Shown here: piece after piece, positions 49,441-59,815 of the stretch | Numbering within the stretch: the first letter of the stretch is position 1 | Layout: each line of letters begins with the position of its first letter | Assembly: GCA_965213705.1 (NCBI GenBank) | Contig: OZ243913.1 | Coordinates: 1,376,001 to 1,440,000 of the forward strand | Direction: 5' to 3' | From: Trueperaceae bacterium | Lineage (GTDB): Bacteria > Deinococcota > Deinococci > Deinococcales > Trueperaceae | DNA: 64,000 bases | Notes under the pieces: model-generated | What the model was told of the DNA's origin: nothing | Databases searched by the model: none | Seen by the model: only the letters and a program-made list of their open reading frames with translations | Position numbers and translations under genes: made by a program

Positions 49441-50208
49441 ATGAAAAGATTTTTGTTTAGCCTCGCAACCCTCGTCGCGCTGGTGGCCTGCGCTCCCACA
49501 ACCACGACCGGCCCGACAAACGCTGGAGACGTGCCGGCTGCAGACACGGCGGCTAAGGACACGGCGGCGGACACAGCCTTTACGCTCCCACCCAAACCGC
49601 CGGAAGCGCGCTGGATTATCGCCGTGCCCAACTTTGAAGTGCGCGCGGGCAACGTAACGATAGGTCAGGCCGACCTGAGCGGAGAAGGCCCCGACTTTTA
49701 CAAAGAACTCGGTTCGGGCGTGGCCGATATTTTTGTTACCGAGGCGTTTCGTAGCGAGCAGTTCCGCATCACCGAGCGCGCCGAACTGGACAAAATCATC
49801 AGCGAGCAAGACCTAGCCAGCAGCGGCCGCGTCGACTCGGTGACCGCCGCCGAGGTAGGACGCATCACCGGGGCCGAACTCATCGTGTTGGGCAGCCTGT
49901 CGGAGTTCGGCGTCACGACGACGGGCGGCGGGGGCAAGGTGCTGGGCGTCTTCGGCGGCAGCACCGAGACGGTGACCACCCGTGTTACCGTCGACATCCG
50001 CATCGTCGACGCCGATACCGCGGAGATTTTCGCCATCGGCAGCTCGACGAGCGAACAGTCACAGTCAAACGTGAGGTTCGACCTCGGCAACATCCTGCGC
50101 GCGATTTCGGCCGGGCGCAGCGGCACGACCATCGTCGATATTGCCGTTCGTAACGCGATTCGCGGCGCTATCGACGAGGCGGCTTTGAACCTGCCAGACA
50201 AGCCCTAG
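49441..50208 (+). CDS. CsgG/HfaB-family lipoprotein
   Basis: Lipobox LVAC; FRITERAELDKIISEQ, GAELIVLGSLSEF, DIRIVDADTAEI; TAAACT-N6-ATG. Confidence 0.85.
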   Translation: MKRFLFSLATLVALVACAPTTTTGPTNAGDVPAADTAAKDTAADTAFTLPPKPPEARWIIAVPNFEVRAGNVTIGQADLSGEGPDFYKELGSGVADIFVTEAFRSEQFRITERAELDKIISEQDLASSGRVDSVTAAEVGRITGAELIVLGSLSEFGVTTTGGGGKVLGVFGGSTETVTTRVTVDIRIVDADTAEIFAIGSSTSEQSQSNVRFDLGNILRAISAGRSGTTIVDIAVRNAIRGAIDEAALNLPDKP

Positions 50209-50323
50209 CACCTCACCTGAAGTTCATAAACCGGAGCGTCGCCCTTTACAAGGACGGACAAAAACGGTTAGCATGGCGGTGGGCAGACAAAAAGCCGAAA
50301 ATCTCACAACAGAAAGAGGTACC

Positions 50324-51346
50324 ATGCGTAAACTTTCCGTTTTTCTTTCCCTGTTAACATTTCTCGTTTTGGGAACGTCTTTCGCGCAGACGAGTCTCTT
50401 GGACACCATCAAACAACGCGGCACCTTGGTTTGCGGCGTCAACGGCACCGGCTTGGTCGGTTTCGGCAACGTCGGCGCTGACGGCGAGTGGACCGGTTTC
50501 GACGTGGACTTTTGCCGCGCCATCGCCGCCGCCGTGTTAGGTGACGCCAACGCGGTCGAGTTCCGCGGGCTGTCCGCGCAGGAGCGCTTTACCGCCGTGC
50601 AAACCGGCGAAGTCGACGTGCTCATCCGCAACACCACCTGGACCTCCTCACGCGACACGGCTGCGAGCCTCAACTTCGCGCCGACGAACTTTTACGATGG
50701 CCAGGGTTTTATGGCTCGAGCCGACTCGGGCATCACCACCTTGAACGACCTAGAAGGCCGCCGCATCTGCGTGCAGTCGGGGACCACCACCGAACTCAAC
50801 TTGGCCGACGTACTGGGCGCGCTCGGCATCAGCTTCACGCCGGTCGTGTTCGAAAACAACGACCAGCTCACCGCCGCCTACGACGACGGCGCGTGTGACG
50901 CCTGGACGACCGACCGCTCGGGCCTCGTCGCCTCGCAGACCCGTTTGCGCGAGCCCGACGCCCACACCGTCCTCGACCAGACGATTTCCAAAGAGCCCTT
51001 GGCCCCGTCCGTGCTGGACGGCGATTCGAAGTGGTTTGACGCGGTCAAGTGGGTCGTGTATGGCCTCATCGCCGCCGAAGAGTTCGGTGTGACTTCCGAG
51101 AACGTCGAGAGCGTCGCCGCCGAAACCCCGAACCCCGAGCTGCAACGGATGCTCAACAACGAAGGTGACATCGTCACCCAAATCGGCTTGCCCGCAGACG
51201 GCATCAAACAAGCCATTGCCCAAGTCGGCAACTACGGTGAGATTTTCAACCGCAACCTAGGCCCCGACACGCCCTTCAACTTGGGCCGCGGGCTGAACGC
51301 GCTCTACACCGACGGTGGCCTGATGTACGCCCCGCCCTTCCGCTAA
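50324..51346 (+). CDS. aapJ: Amino acid ABC transporter substrate-binding protein (AapJ/BztA)
   Basis: RGTLVCGV, GFDVDFCRA, RNTTWT, YDGQGF, ISKEPL, VGNYGE, YAPPFR. Confidence 0.93.
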   Translation: MRKLSVFLSLLTFLVLGTSFAQTSLLDTIKQRGTLVCGVNGTGLVGFGNVGADGEWTGFDVDFCRAIAAAVLGDANAVEFRGLSAQERFTAVQTGEVDVLIRNTTWTSSRDTAASLNFAPTNFYDGQGFMARADSGITTLNDLEGRRICVQSGTTTELNLADVLGALGISFTPVVFENNDQLTAAYDDGACDAWTTDRSGLVASQTRLREPDAHTVLDQTISKEPLAPSVLDGDSKWFDAVKWVVYGLIAAEEFGVTSENVESVAAETPNPELQRMLNNEGDIVTQIGLPADGIKQAIAQVGNYGEIFNRNLGPDTPFNLGRGLNALYTDGGLMYAPPFR

Positions 51347-51360
51347 GCCCACCGCTTCAT

Positions 51361-51390
51361 AAAAGGGGTGGCGAAAAGCCGCCCCTTTTG
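51361..51390 (+). terminator. Stem-loop after aapJ
   Basis: AAAAGGGGTGGC-gaaaa-GCCGCCCCTTTT. Confidence 0.7.
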
Positions 51391-51556
51391 CTATTTCGAC
51401 GTTCGACGGTAAGGCTTATTTTTGAGAGTCGGCCCCGAGACTCGGCGGGACTACCTAGAGCTTACGCGCCGAGAGCCGGACAAAAACAGGCTAAAAAGAA
51501 AGTCCTCAGGTATTTGTTAAACTAAACCACAGCCAACGCACCGTTTCAGGAGGTCC

Positions 51557-53434
51557 ATGTGTCCGGTTTACCCCGACGAGAGGCTGCATCAGACACCCCC
51601 GCAAAGGCTCGAGGCTAGCTCCGTGGCCGCCCGCTCCCTGGACGCGCCCGCCCCAGAGCGCATCCCGTTTTACCGCAACGTCAAGGTTATCGGTACCCTG
51701 GCGCAAATTATTTTCGCCGCTATCGTCCTCGTCGCCGCCGTCATTATGGTGCGCAACGTGACCGTGGCGCTGCAACGCTCGAACCTGCCCGCGGACTTCT
51801 CGTTTTTAGACAACCGGGCCGGCGTGCCTATCGCCGAAACACCGATTCCCTACAGCGCTGCGACTAGCAGCTACCTGCGCGCTTTTATCATCGGTGTGCT
51901 CAACACGCTCAAGGTGGCGCTGGTAGGCGTCGTTTTGGCCTCGCTCCTCGGCACGCTCATCGGCGTGATGCGCTTGTCAAACAACTGGATTTTGCGACAG
52001 CTCGCCACGGGCTACGTGGAACTGATTCGCAACACGCCGCTGGCGGTGCAAATCGTGTTTTGGTTTACGGCCGTGTTGACGCCGTTGCCGCCCCGAAGTT
52101 CAAACCCTATTTTTCTGCCGTTCGGCGGCTACTTGAGCAACTTGGGACTGGCGCTGCCGTGGCTTTATCCTTCTTACAGGTTCGCTGCCTGGTGGCCCTG
52201 GCTTTTGGGCGCGCTTCTCGCGGCGGTCGTCGTTTTCGGCCTGCGGCGGCGCAGCATCGAACGCTCCGAACGGCCCGGCAGCCCCTGGCCCCTGACGCTG
52301 CTCACCTTGTTCGGGGTCGCCGCGGTAGGGTACGCCGTCAGCCTGAGCAGCCCCGGTTTGCCCGAAAACGCGGCGACGAGGTTCAATCCCGGCACCGGCG
52401 TCGTCACCGTTTACCAAGACGCCAACGGCAACGGTGCGTTCGACCGTGACGAACCCACCCTTCCCTTTACGCCCGTCACGGTAACCGTTCCGGAAGCCAG
52501 CCTCACCACCCAAACGCAAAACCTCACCGAGTCGCGCCGCTTCGTCTACAGCACTTTCCGCTTTCCTGCCGTTGCGGAAAGCGAGTTCGCTACGGCCGAG
52601 GTGAGTTTCGTCAACCCCGACGAGGCCGAGGGCTTAGCGGTTGCGTTTGACCGTTTTCCGAGCGAGGGCGTCGTGTACCGCGACACCAACGCCAACGGTG
52701 CCTTTGACCGCGGTGAAGAGATTCAAACCCAAAACGGCAACGCTTCGGGCTACAGCGCCCGGTTGCAACTGACCTTGACCGACTTCGAGCGGCGCGTGGT
52801 CAGCGACCGCGACGGCGAACTGCGCATTCCGCGTTTTACCGCAGGTGCGGCGGGCGCGGCGGCGGAGACGACCCGGAACCTGAGTCCTGGGCAGCTGTTC
52901 GGTACCCCCGGCGGGTCGCAAAGCGAGTCGGAGCTGGTCGTCGACTTAGCTCTCGAGACCTCGGGTCCCCTCGTTTTGAGCAAGCCGAGCATCCCCATCA
53001 GCGACTACTTCGGCGGCGTCAGCTTGTCGGTGAGCTACCTTGCCATGCTGCTGGCGCTCGTGATTTACACGGCAAGTTTTATCGCCGAGATAGTGCGCGC
53101 CGGTATCCAGGCAGTTGCCAAGGGCCAGACCGAAGCCGCCAAAGCCCTGGGCTTGAGTGGCTACCAGACTTTCAACCTCATCGTGTTTCCGCAAGCGCTG
53201 CGAATTATCCTGCCGCCGATGATCAGCCAGTACCTCAACCTCACCAAGAACTCGTCGTTGGGTCTTATCGCAGCCTACGTGGAAATCTTCGCCATCAGCG
53301 CGATTATCGCCAACCAAACGGGGGCGTCGGTGCCGATGACGCTCATGGTCATCGCGTCGTACCTCATTATCAGTTTCGGCTTCGCGTTTGTTCTCAACAT
53401 CGTCAACGCCCGCATGGCGTTGGTGGAGCGCTAG
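51557..53434 (+). CDS. aapQ: Amino acid ABC permease (AapQ/BztB) with large inserted domain
   Basis: GVLNTL, RLSNNW, RNTPL, AEIVRAGI, GQTEAA, SQYLNLTKNSSL; 625 aa. Confidence 0.9.
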   Translation: MCPVYPDERLHQTPPQRLEASSVAARSLDAPAPERIPFYRNVKVIGTLAQIIFAAIVLVAAVIMVRNVTVALQRSNLPADFSFLDNRAGVPIAETPIPYSAATSSYLRAFIIGVLNTLKVALVGVVLASLLGTLIGVMRLSNNWILRQLATGYVELIRNTPLAVQIVFWFTAVLTPLPPRSSNPIFLPFGGYLSNLGLALPWLYPSYRFAAWWPWLLGALLAAVVVFGLRRRSIERSERPGSPWPLTLLTLFGVAAVGYAVSLSSPGLPENAATRFNPGTGVVTVYQDANGNGAFDRDEPTLPFTPVTVTVPEASLTTQTQNLTESRRFVYSTFRFPAVAESEFATAEVSFVNPDEAEGLAVAFDRFPSEGVVYRDTNANGAFDRGEEIQTQNGNASGYSARLQLTLTDFERRVVSDRDGELRIPRFTAGAAGAAAETTRNLSPGQLFGTPGGSQSESELVVDLALETSGPLVLSKPSIPISDYFGGVSLSVSYLAMLLALVIYTASFIAEIVRAGIQAVAKGQTEAAKALGLSGYQTFNLIVFPQALRIILPPMISQYLNLTKNSSLGLIAAYVEIFAISAIIANQTGASVPMTLMVIASYLIISFGFAFVLNIVNARMALVER

Positions 53435-53449
53435 CATGATAGGAACAGC

Positions 53450-54664
53450 ATGATAGACGCCAGAAACAGACCCGCACGCACCAGCGGCGCAGTGGGCTGG
53501 CTGCGAGAAAACTTGTTCAGTTCGGTATTGAACACGCTCGTTTCCGTGGTCGTCATCGCCGTGGTGCTGTGGGGCTTGTACGGCCTTGTCACCTTCGCTT
53601 TTTTCGGTGCGCACTGGGAGCGGGTCTGGGCGAACATGAAGCTGTTCGCGGTGTACCGCTACCCGTTCGACCTGTTATGGCGACCCCTCGCAATCGTCGC
53701 TCTTATCATGGGTTTGCTCGGAATGACCGCCGGGGTCTCGCGTCACGCCGAGGGCGAAATCATCCGCGGCGTGTTCTGGTGGGTGTTCAGCTTCGTGGTG
53801 ATCGTCAACGTAGCGGCGCTGTTCGATTGGGAGGCGGTGAGGTGGCTCTGGACGCTCGTCACGGTGGCGAGCCTGGTGGGTTACGGCCTGGGCCGGGCGC
53901 AACCGCGGCTGGTGAGCGCGCTGCCGTGGCTGTGGGGCGCGTCTTTGTTGGTGGGTTACGTGCTGCTGCGGGGGGTGGGCTCGAGCGGCGAGTTGCGCGT
54001 GGTCGAAAACCGTGAGTGGGGCGGCTTTTTGCTCACGCTCATCTTGTCGGTCGTGGGCATCGTGGTGAGTTTCCCGCTCGGCATCGCCCTGGCGCTGGGG
54101 CGGCGCAGCAAACTACCGGCGATAAAATACTTCTGCATCGGCTTTATCGAAATCGTGCGCGGCGCGCCCTTAATCATGTGGCTCTTTATCGCTTCGCTGA
54201 TGGTGCCGCTCATTTTCAACATCGACACGAGCAGCGTCGACGCGCTCACCAAGGCGCTCGTTGCGGTGACGCTGTTCTCGGCCGCGTACATGGCCGAGAA
54301 CGTGCGCGGCGGCTTGCAGGCGGTCGGCAAGGGGCAGGAGGAGGCGGCGCGCGCGCTGGGCCTGAGCGGCTGGCAGACGATGCGCAAAATCGTCTTGCCG
54401 CAAGCCCTGCGCGCGGTGATTCCGGCCATCGTGGGCCAGTCCATTGGGCTGTTCAAGGACACCTCGCTCGTCTTCGTGGTCGGCCTGTTCGACTTTTTCA
54501 ACGTCGCCAACGTCGTCGCCAACCAGCCGCAGTCGTTGACGGTGCCGGGCGGGATTCGGCTCGAGCTGTCGCTGTTTTTGGCAATCATCTACTGGTTTTT
54601 CGCGTTTCGCATGAGCGTGGCGAGTCGGCAGCTCGAGAAACAACTCGGCGTCGGCACCCGCTAG
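53450..54664 (+). CDS. aapM: Amino acid ABC permease (AapM/BztC)
   Basis: WLRENLFS, WGGFLLT, LALGRRS, AYMAENVRGGLQ, FKDTSLV. Confidence 0.92.
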   Translation: MIDARNRPARTSGAVGWLRENLFSSVLNTLVSVVVIAVVLWGLYGLVTFAFFGAHWERVWANMKLFAVYRYPFDLLWRPLAIVALIMGLLGMTAGVSRHAEGEIIRGVFWWVFSFVVIVNVAALFDWEAVRWLWTLVTVASLVGYGLGRAQPRLVSALPWLWGASLLVGYVLLRGVGSSGELRVVENREWGGFLLTLILSVVGIVVSFPLGIALALGRRSKLPAIKYFCIGFIEIVRGAPLIMWLFIASLMVPLIFNIDTSSVDALTKALVAVTLFSAAYMAENVRGGLQAVGKGQEEAARALGLSGWQTMRKIVLPQALRAVIPAIVGQSIGLFKDTSLVFVVGLFDFFNVANVVANQPQSLTVPGGIRLELSLFLAIIYWFFAFRMSVASRQLEKQLGVGTR

Positions 54665-54739
54665 GCAAGAGGTTACCTTCGGTTCTTAGTTTTTAGTTTT
54701 ACCAACAACCAACGACCAACACCCCTTTCAGGAGGTCTT

Positions 54740-55525
54740 ATGGCAGTCACCGAAAAACCAGGCAAAAACGTTCGCGCCGACGCACCCGACGGCGGCGACC
54801 GCATCATCGAAATCGCCGACCTCAACAAGTGGTACGGCGACTTTCACGTGCTCAAAGACATCAACTTGTCTGTCAACAAGGGTGAGGTGGTGGTCGTCAT
54901 CGGGCCGTCGGGCTCGGGCAAGTCCACGCTGATTCGCTGCGTGAACCGTCTGGAGGAGCACCAAGAAGGCCGCATCTCCGTGGACGGCACCGAACTCACC
55001 GACGACGTGCGCAAAATCGACCAGGTGCGCCGCGAGACCGGCATGGTCTTTCAGCAGTTCAACCTGTTCCCGCACCTCACCGTGATGGAGAACATCACCC
55101 TGGCCCCGATTCGCGTGCGCAAGTGGAAAAAGTCCAAGGCCGAGGAGCGGGCGATGTACTTTTTGGAAAAAGTCCACGTGCCCGAGCAGGCGCACAAGTA
55201 TCCGGGCCAGCTCTCGGGCGGGCAGCAGCAGCGGGTGGCGATTGCACGGGCGCTCACGATGGAGCCCAAAGTGATGCTCTTCGACGAGCCCACCAGCGCC
55301 CTCGACCCCGAGGTCATCGGCGAAGTCCTGGAGGTCATGGTGAACCTAGCCAAAGAGGGCATGACGATGATCGTGGTCACGCACGAGATGGGCTTCGCGC
55401 GCGAGGTCGGCAACCGGGTGGTGTTTATGGACGCGGGCCAAGTCGTCGAGGTCGGGCCGCCCGAGCATTTTTTCACCAACCCGCAAGAGGAGCGCACAAG
55501 GTCGTTTTTGTCGAAGATTTTGTGA
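54740..55525 (+). CDS. aapP: Amino acid ABC ATP-binding protein (AapP/BztD)
   Basis: [43 protein letters not shown]. Confidence 0.95.
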   Translation: MAVTEKPGKNVRADAPDGGDRIIEIADLNKWYGDFHVLKDINLSVNKGEVVVVIGPSGSGKSTLIRCVNRLEEHQEGRISVDGTELTDDVRKIDQVRRETGMVFQQFNLFPHLTVMENITLAPIRVRKWKKSKAEERAMYFLEKVHVPEQAHKYPGQLSGGQQQRVAIARALTMEPKVMLFDEPTSALDPEVIGEVLEVMVNLAKEGMTMIVVTHEMGFAREVGNRVVFMDAGQVVEVGPPEHFFTNPQEERTRSFLSKIL

Positions 55526-55572
55526 CATTTTGCTTGAACCGGCACAAAAAAAAGGCTCGAGCCGTTCGGGAC

Positions 55573-55597
55573 AGGGGCGGGTTTCAAGCTCGCCCCT
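55573..55597. repeat. Degenerate REP-like palindrome
   Basis: AGGGGCGGGTTTCAAGCTCGCCCCT, related to 4053-4081. Confidence 0.55.
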
Positions 55598-55852
55598 CCA
55601 GCGTGTTGAAAAAACACGTCCACAGCAACGTTTTACCTGCTTGGACACAAAAAGAGGTTATGAGTGATAGACCTCTTGCAAAAATCCAATTAGACGACGA
55701 AGGTTACCGACTCGTACGGTTGATACTTTCGCAAGAAGTCTAACGTCCAGCGCGAAAAGTTTTACTGCATTTTTTCTTCAAACCGTTACACTCGAGAGAG
55801 TGCTCTCGGTGTCGCCGGAGCCGAGACGGCTTGGGACAAGGAGCTTGGGCGC

Positions 55853-57070
55853 ATGGCAGATTATGGCAGTAGGGGTGGACGCAGCGCTGAGCAAAGCCCA
55901 ACCGGGCAAAACAGGGGCGTGCGCATCGCCGACATGCTCAAAAACATCGTCGCGCAGCGAGCTTCGGACATTCACCTGCAGGCGGGCGCGCCGCCCTACA
56001 TACGCGTAGACGGCAGTCTGCAGGCTTACGAAAGCGTGCCCGTACTGACGCCGCAACAGACCGAACAGATTGCCCTCGCCATGATGTCGGAGCCGCAACG
56101 CGAACTTTTCTTGCACCGGCACGAACTCGACTTTGCCTTTACCATCCCCAACATAGCCCGGTTTCGCTGCAACGTGTTCCGGCAACGGGGCTCGGTCGGT
56201 ATCGTCATGCGCGTGGTGCAAGACAGCGTACCGAGTTTTGAAACGTTGGGTTTGCCCACCGGGGTCGTTACCGAATTCGCCGCCCAATCGCGCGGTCTGG
56301 TGCTCGTCACGGGACCGACCGGCCACGGTAAGTCCACCACCTTGGCCGCGATGGTCGACCACATCAACCGCAAGTATCCCCGCAACATTCTCACCGTCGA
56401 AGACCCCATCGAAGTGCTGCACGCAAACCAGCGCAGCCTCGTCATCCAGCGCGAAGTCGGTCTGGACACCGCCGACTTTGCCGACGCGCTCAAGTACGCG
56501 ATGCGCCAAGACCCCGACGTCATCATGATTGGCGAGATGCGCGACCGCGAAACTGCCGAGGCGGCCATCAGCGCGGCGCAGACCGGCCACCTTGTGCTCA
56601 GCACACTGCACACGCTCGACTCGATTCGCACCATCAACCGCATCATCGACTTTTTTCCGCCTTTCGAACGCCCGCAGGTTCGTATTTTGCTGGCTGATTC
56701 GCTGCTCGGCATTATCAGCCAGCGGCTGTTGCCGAGCAGCGACGGGGGGGGGCGCGTGTTGGCGCACGAGGTGCTTATCAACTCGCCGCTGGTGCGCGAC
56801 TATCTCAAAGACGAAGACAAAACGCCTCTTATCAAAGAGGCGCTTCAAGAGGACAACCTGCGCGGCATGAAAACGTTCGACCAGCACTTGGTCGAGCTTT
56901 ACCTGAGCGGAAAAGTGACGATGGAGGACGCGCTCGCCGCCTCGACAAGCGCTCACGAGTTCAAGGTCATGCTGACGCAGCAGCGCAACGGCGGTGAAGA
57001 CTACCCGTCCAAAAGAGAATCGGAGCGTTTGCGCGGCGGAACCTACCAAGGGCACAGCAGCAGGTTTTAG
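55853..57070 (+). CDS. pilT: PilT/PilU-family type IV pilus ATPase
   Basis: ASDIHL, RFRCNVFRQRG, GPTGHGKSTT, EDPIE, QREVG, DPDVIMIGEMRD, TGHLVLSTLH; lacks the canonical AIRNLIRE motif, so possibly a PilT2/PilU paralog. Confidence 0.88.
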   Translation: MADYGSRGGRSAEQSPTGQNRGVRIADMLKNIVAQRASDIHLQAGAPPYIRVDGSLQAYESVPVLTPQQTEQIALAMMSEPQRELFLHRHELDFAFTIPNIARFRCNVFRQRGSVGIVMRVVQDSVPSFETLGLPTGVVTEFAAQSRGLVLVTGPTGHGKSTTLAAMVDHINRKYPRNILTVEDPIEVLHANQRSLVIQREVGLDTADFADALKYAMRQDPDVIMIGEMRDRETAEAAISAAQTGHLVLSTLHTLDSIRTINRIIDFFPPFERPQVRILLADSLLGIISQRLLPSSDGGGRVLAHEVLINSPLVRDYLKDEDKTPLIKEALQEDNLRGMKTFDQHLVELYLSGKVTMEDALAASTSAHEFKVMLTQQRNGGEDYPSKRESERLRGGTYQGHSSRF

Positions 57071-57173
57071 CGCCCGGCTCGAGCGCACCTCACCAGGCCC
57101 GAAGACCGGAAACCTCAACTGAGTGTTCCGGTGGCGCAACGGGTCCCGTCCGGCACAACGTCAAGCTGCCCCT

Positions 57174-58520
57174 TTAGGCAAAGAGAACGTTGGGCCGCCA
57201 CGGAACCCCGGCGACCACCTCGCCGTGCAGGTCGTAGGCGCTCGCTTCCGTCACCTTCACCTTGACGATGTCGCCGATTTTGACAGTGCCGTCGGAGGTT
57301 GCGAACACCGCGCCGTCGATGTCGGGCGCGTCGTACTTGCTACGCCCCTTGAGGTCACCCGGCAAGTCACCGTAATCGTCTACGATAACCTCCAGCGTTT
57401 GGCCGACCCGTGAGCGCTGCTTCTCAAAGCTAATTTCTTGCTGCGTTGCCATAAAGCGCGCGAAGCGTTCTTGTTTAACCTCTTCCGGTACGCTGCCGGG
57501 CAGGGCGTTGGCCGCCGCGCCCGGCACCTCGCTGTAGGTAAAGCCGCCGACGCGCTCGAGCCGAGCCTCCCGCAGAAAGTCCAACAGCAACTCAAAATCC
57601 TCTTCGGTCTCGCCCGGAAACCCGACGATAAAGGTGCTGCGGATGGCGAGTTCGGGGCAAAGGGTGCGCCACTCCCGAATCGTTTGCAGGTGACTTTCCG
57701 CGCCGCCGGGCCGCCGCATGGCGCGCAGAATTTTGGGGCTGGCGTGCTGCAGCGGCACGTCTAAATAAGGGAGCAGCTTACCCTCGGCCATGAGGGGAAT
57801 GAGGTCGCGGACGTGCGGGTAAGGGTAAACATAGTGCAACCGCACCCACGCGCCCATTTGGGCCAACTCGCTCACCAGCGGGACGAGGTGCGCACGCACG
57901 CTGCGCCCCTGAAACTCACTCTCACAGTAGCCAATGTCCACGCCGTAAGCGCTAGAATCTTGCGCGATGACGAGCAGTTCCTTAGTACCCGAGGCGACAA
58001 GCCGGTAAGCTTCGTACAGCACGTCGCCTGCGTCGCGTGAAACCTGCAACCCGCGCAACTGCGGAATAATACAAAAGCTGCACTTGTGGTTGCAACCCTC
58101 GGCGATTTTTAGGTAACTGTAGTGGCGCGGGGTGAGCTTGACGCCTTGCGGCAAGAGCGTGGTGAACGGGTTGTCGTCGGGCGGCAGCGCGCTGTGGACG
58201 GCGTTCATGACGCCCGCGACGTCGCCCTGCCCGGTCACCGCCAGGACGCCCTTGTGGCGGGCGCGAATCGTCTCCGGCTTTTCGCCCAAACAGCCCGTGA
58301 CGATGACCTTGCCGTTGTGTTCCAGCGCCTCGCCTATAGCGCTCAGCGATTCCTCGACCGCCGGGGTGATAAAGCCGCAGGTGTTGACCACGACGAGGTC
58401 GGCGTCCTCATAGCTCGGCGACACCGCGTATCCCTCGGCGCGCAGTTGCGTCAGGATGCGTTCGCTGTCGACCAGCGCTTTGGGACAGCCCAAGCTTACA
58501 AATCCGACTCTACCCGTCAT
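57174..58520 (-). CDS. rimO: Ribosomal protein S12 methylthiotransferase
   Basis: [40 protein letters not shown] domain. Confidence 0.96.
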   Translation of the reverse strand: MTGRVGFVSLGCPKALVDSERILTQLRAEGYAVSPSYEDADLVVVNTCGFITPAVEESLSAIGEALEHNGKVIVTGCLGEKPETIRARHKGVLAVTGQGDVAGVMNAVHSALPPDDNPFTTLLPQGVKLTPRHYSYLKIAEGCNHKCSFCIIPQLRGLQVSRDAGDVLYEAYRLVASGTKELLVIAQDSSAYGVDIGYCESEFQGRSVRAHLVPLVSELAQMGAWVRLHYVYPYPHVRDLIPLMAEGKLLPYLDVPLQHASPKILRAMRRPGGAESHLQTIREWRTLCPELAIRSTFIVGFPGETEEDFELLLDFLREARLERVGGFTYSEVPGAAANALPGSVPEEVKQERFARFMATQQEISFEKQRSRVGQTLEVIVDDYGDLPGDLKGRSKYDAPDIDGAVFATSDGTVKIGDIVKVKVTEASAYDLHGEVVAGVPWRPNVLFA

Positions 58521-58588
58521 TCAAACCCGTCATACGCTCAACTCCAAAACCTGTCTCGAGTCCCGAGTATAGCCCAGTCCGGCGCGGT

Positions 58589-59815
58589 TCAAACTTTTTT
58601 GGCGGACGAAGCAACAGACGGGGCGAAAGTTTTCGACGCTCCGACGCTCCGCAGCCACGGTCTGACCTGTCCCGCCAGGTACAAAGACCCCGCGACGACG
58701 ACAATTGCCCCCTCGGGGCAGGCTGCCAGCGCCGCCGCCAGCGCCGTCAGGGGTTCCGGTACGACCCGGCGACCCGGCTCCAAGTCCGGATTCACCTGTC
58801 CCTCGACGCGAGTAACAATCGTCGTCAGGGCGTCCGTCTCGAGCGGTTTCAGCGTCGCCGCGCCCTGCTTTTTGGGCAGCGCCCCGAAGACGAGGAGGTA
58901 GGGCGCGTCCAAGGTGGCGCGCAAGGCCCGCGCGGCTGCGGGGTTGTGGCCACCGTCGACGATGACGGTTTTGCCGCCAAGCTGAAACACCTCGCGGCGG
59001 CCGGGCGGGGGCTGAGAGGCCAGGCCGACGAGTACCGCGTCCTCCGCAACGTTTAAAAGTCGCAACGTGGCCGCGGCGAGGCGGCGGTTTTGCTGTTGAA
59101 AAGGGTATAGAGCCTGCTCAAAGTCAGGCGGCAGCGCAAACAGGGGAGAGCTTGACAAGTGAAAAAGGGGGCTCGAGCGTACCGCGGCCATTTCCGCCAC
59201 CACCTCTAGCGCTTCACCCTGCGCCGCCGTGACGACGGGCACCCCCGGCCGCACCGCCGCGGCCTTGTCACGGGCAATGTCGCGCAACGTCTCGCCGAGG
59301 GTGGCCTGGTGCTCCAAAGAGACGTTGGTAATGACCACGGCTCGAACGTTCTCCAGGGTGATGGTCGCGTCGTTTTTGGCCCCCACGCCCGCCTCGACCA
59401 CGGCCCACTCAACCTGCTCGCGTTCAAAACGGTGCAGGGCCAGGGCGTAACAAAGTTCGAAAAAAGCCGCGTCGGGCTGTAAAAGTTTGAGGGTTCGGAC
59501 AAACTCGAGCACGTCCTGTTCGCTTATGAGTTTCCCGTCGACCATGACCCGCTCCCGAAACTCTTCGACGTGCGGAGAAACGAACGCGCCCGTCCGAAAC
59601 CCCGCCGCGCTCAACCCTACGGCGACCGCCTGCGTCACGCTGCCCTTGCCGTTCGTGCCGACGACGTGAACGCCGTTCGGGGGCGAGCCGAGGTGCAGCG
59701 CCGCGAGAAGCGCGCGCGTTCGTTCAGGGTCGCGCGGCGCACCCGAACGGGTTTGCGCAAAAAGCCAAGCGAGGGCGTTTTCGTAAGTCACCAGGGGGGG
59801 CGTCGGACGGCTCAT
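58589..59815 (-). CDS. folC: Folylpolyglutamate synthase/dihydrofolate synthase
   Basis: HVVGTNGKGS, SPH, FFE, EAGVG, DGGHNP, AGSLYLAG. Confidence 0.92.
   Translation of the reverse strand: MSRPTPPLVTYENALAWLFAQTRSGAPRDPERTRALLAALHLGSPPNGVHVVGTNGKGSVTQAVAVGLSAAGFRTGAFVSPHVEEFRERVMVDGKLISEQDVLEFVRTLKLLQPDAAFFELCYALALHRFEREQVEWAVVEAGVGAKNDATITLENVRAVVITNVSLEHQATLGETLRDIARDKAAAVRPGVPVVTAAQGEALEVVAEMAAVRSSPLFHLSSSPLFALPPDFEQALYPFQQQNRRLAAATLRLLNVAEDAVLVGLASQPPPGRREVFQLGGKTVIVDGGHNPAAARALRATLDAPYLLVFGALPKKQGAATLKPLETDALTTIVTRVEGQVNPDLEPGRRVVPEPLTALAAALAACPEGAIVVVAGSLYLAGQVRPWLRSVGASKTFAPSVASSAKKV

Noticed and set aside
55660..55743. 27-aa ORF MSDRPLAKIQ...
   Set aside because: The putative RBS is only 2 nt from the ATG and forms part of a hairpin (AAGAGGT/ACCTCTT); no other support
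55778..57139. Long antisense or alternative-frame ORFs (this one, 37261-38280, 41144-42067, 24489-25493 and others)
   Set aside because: Shadow ORFs of well-supported genes in GC-rich DNA
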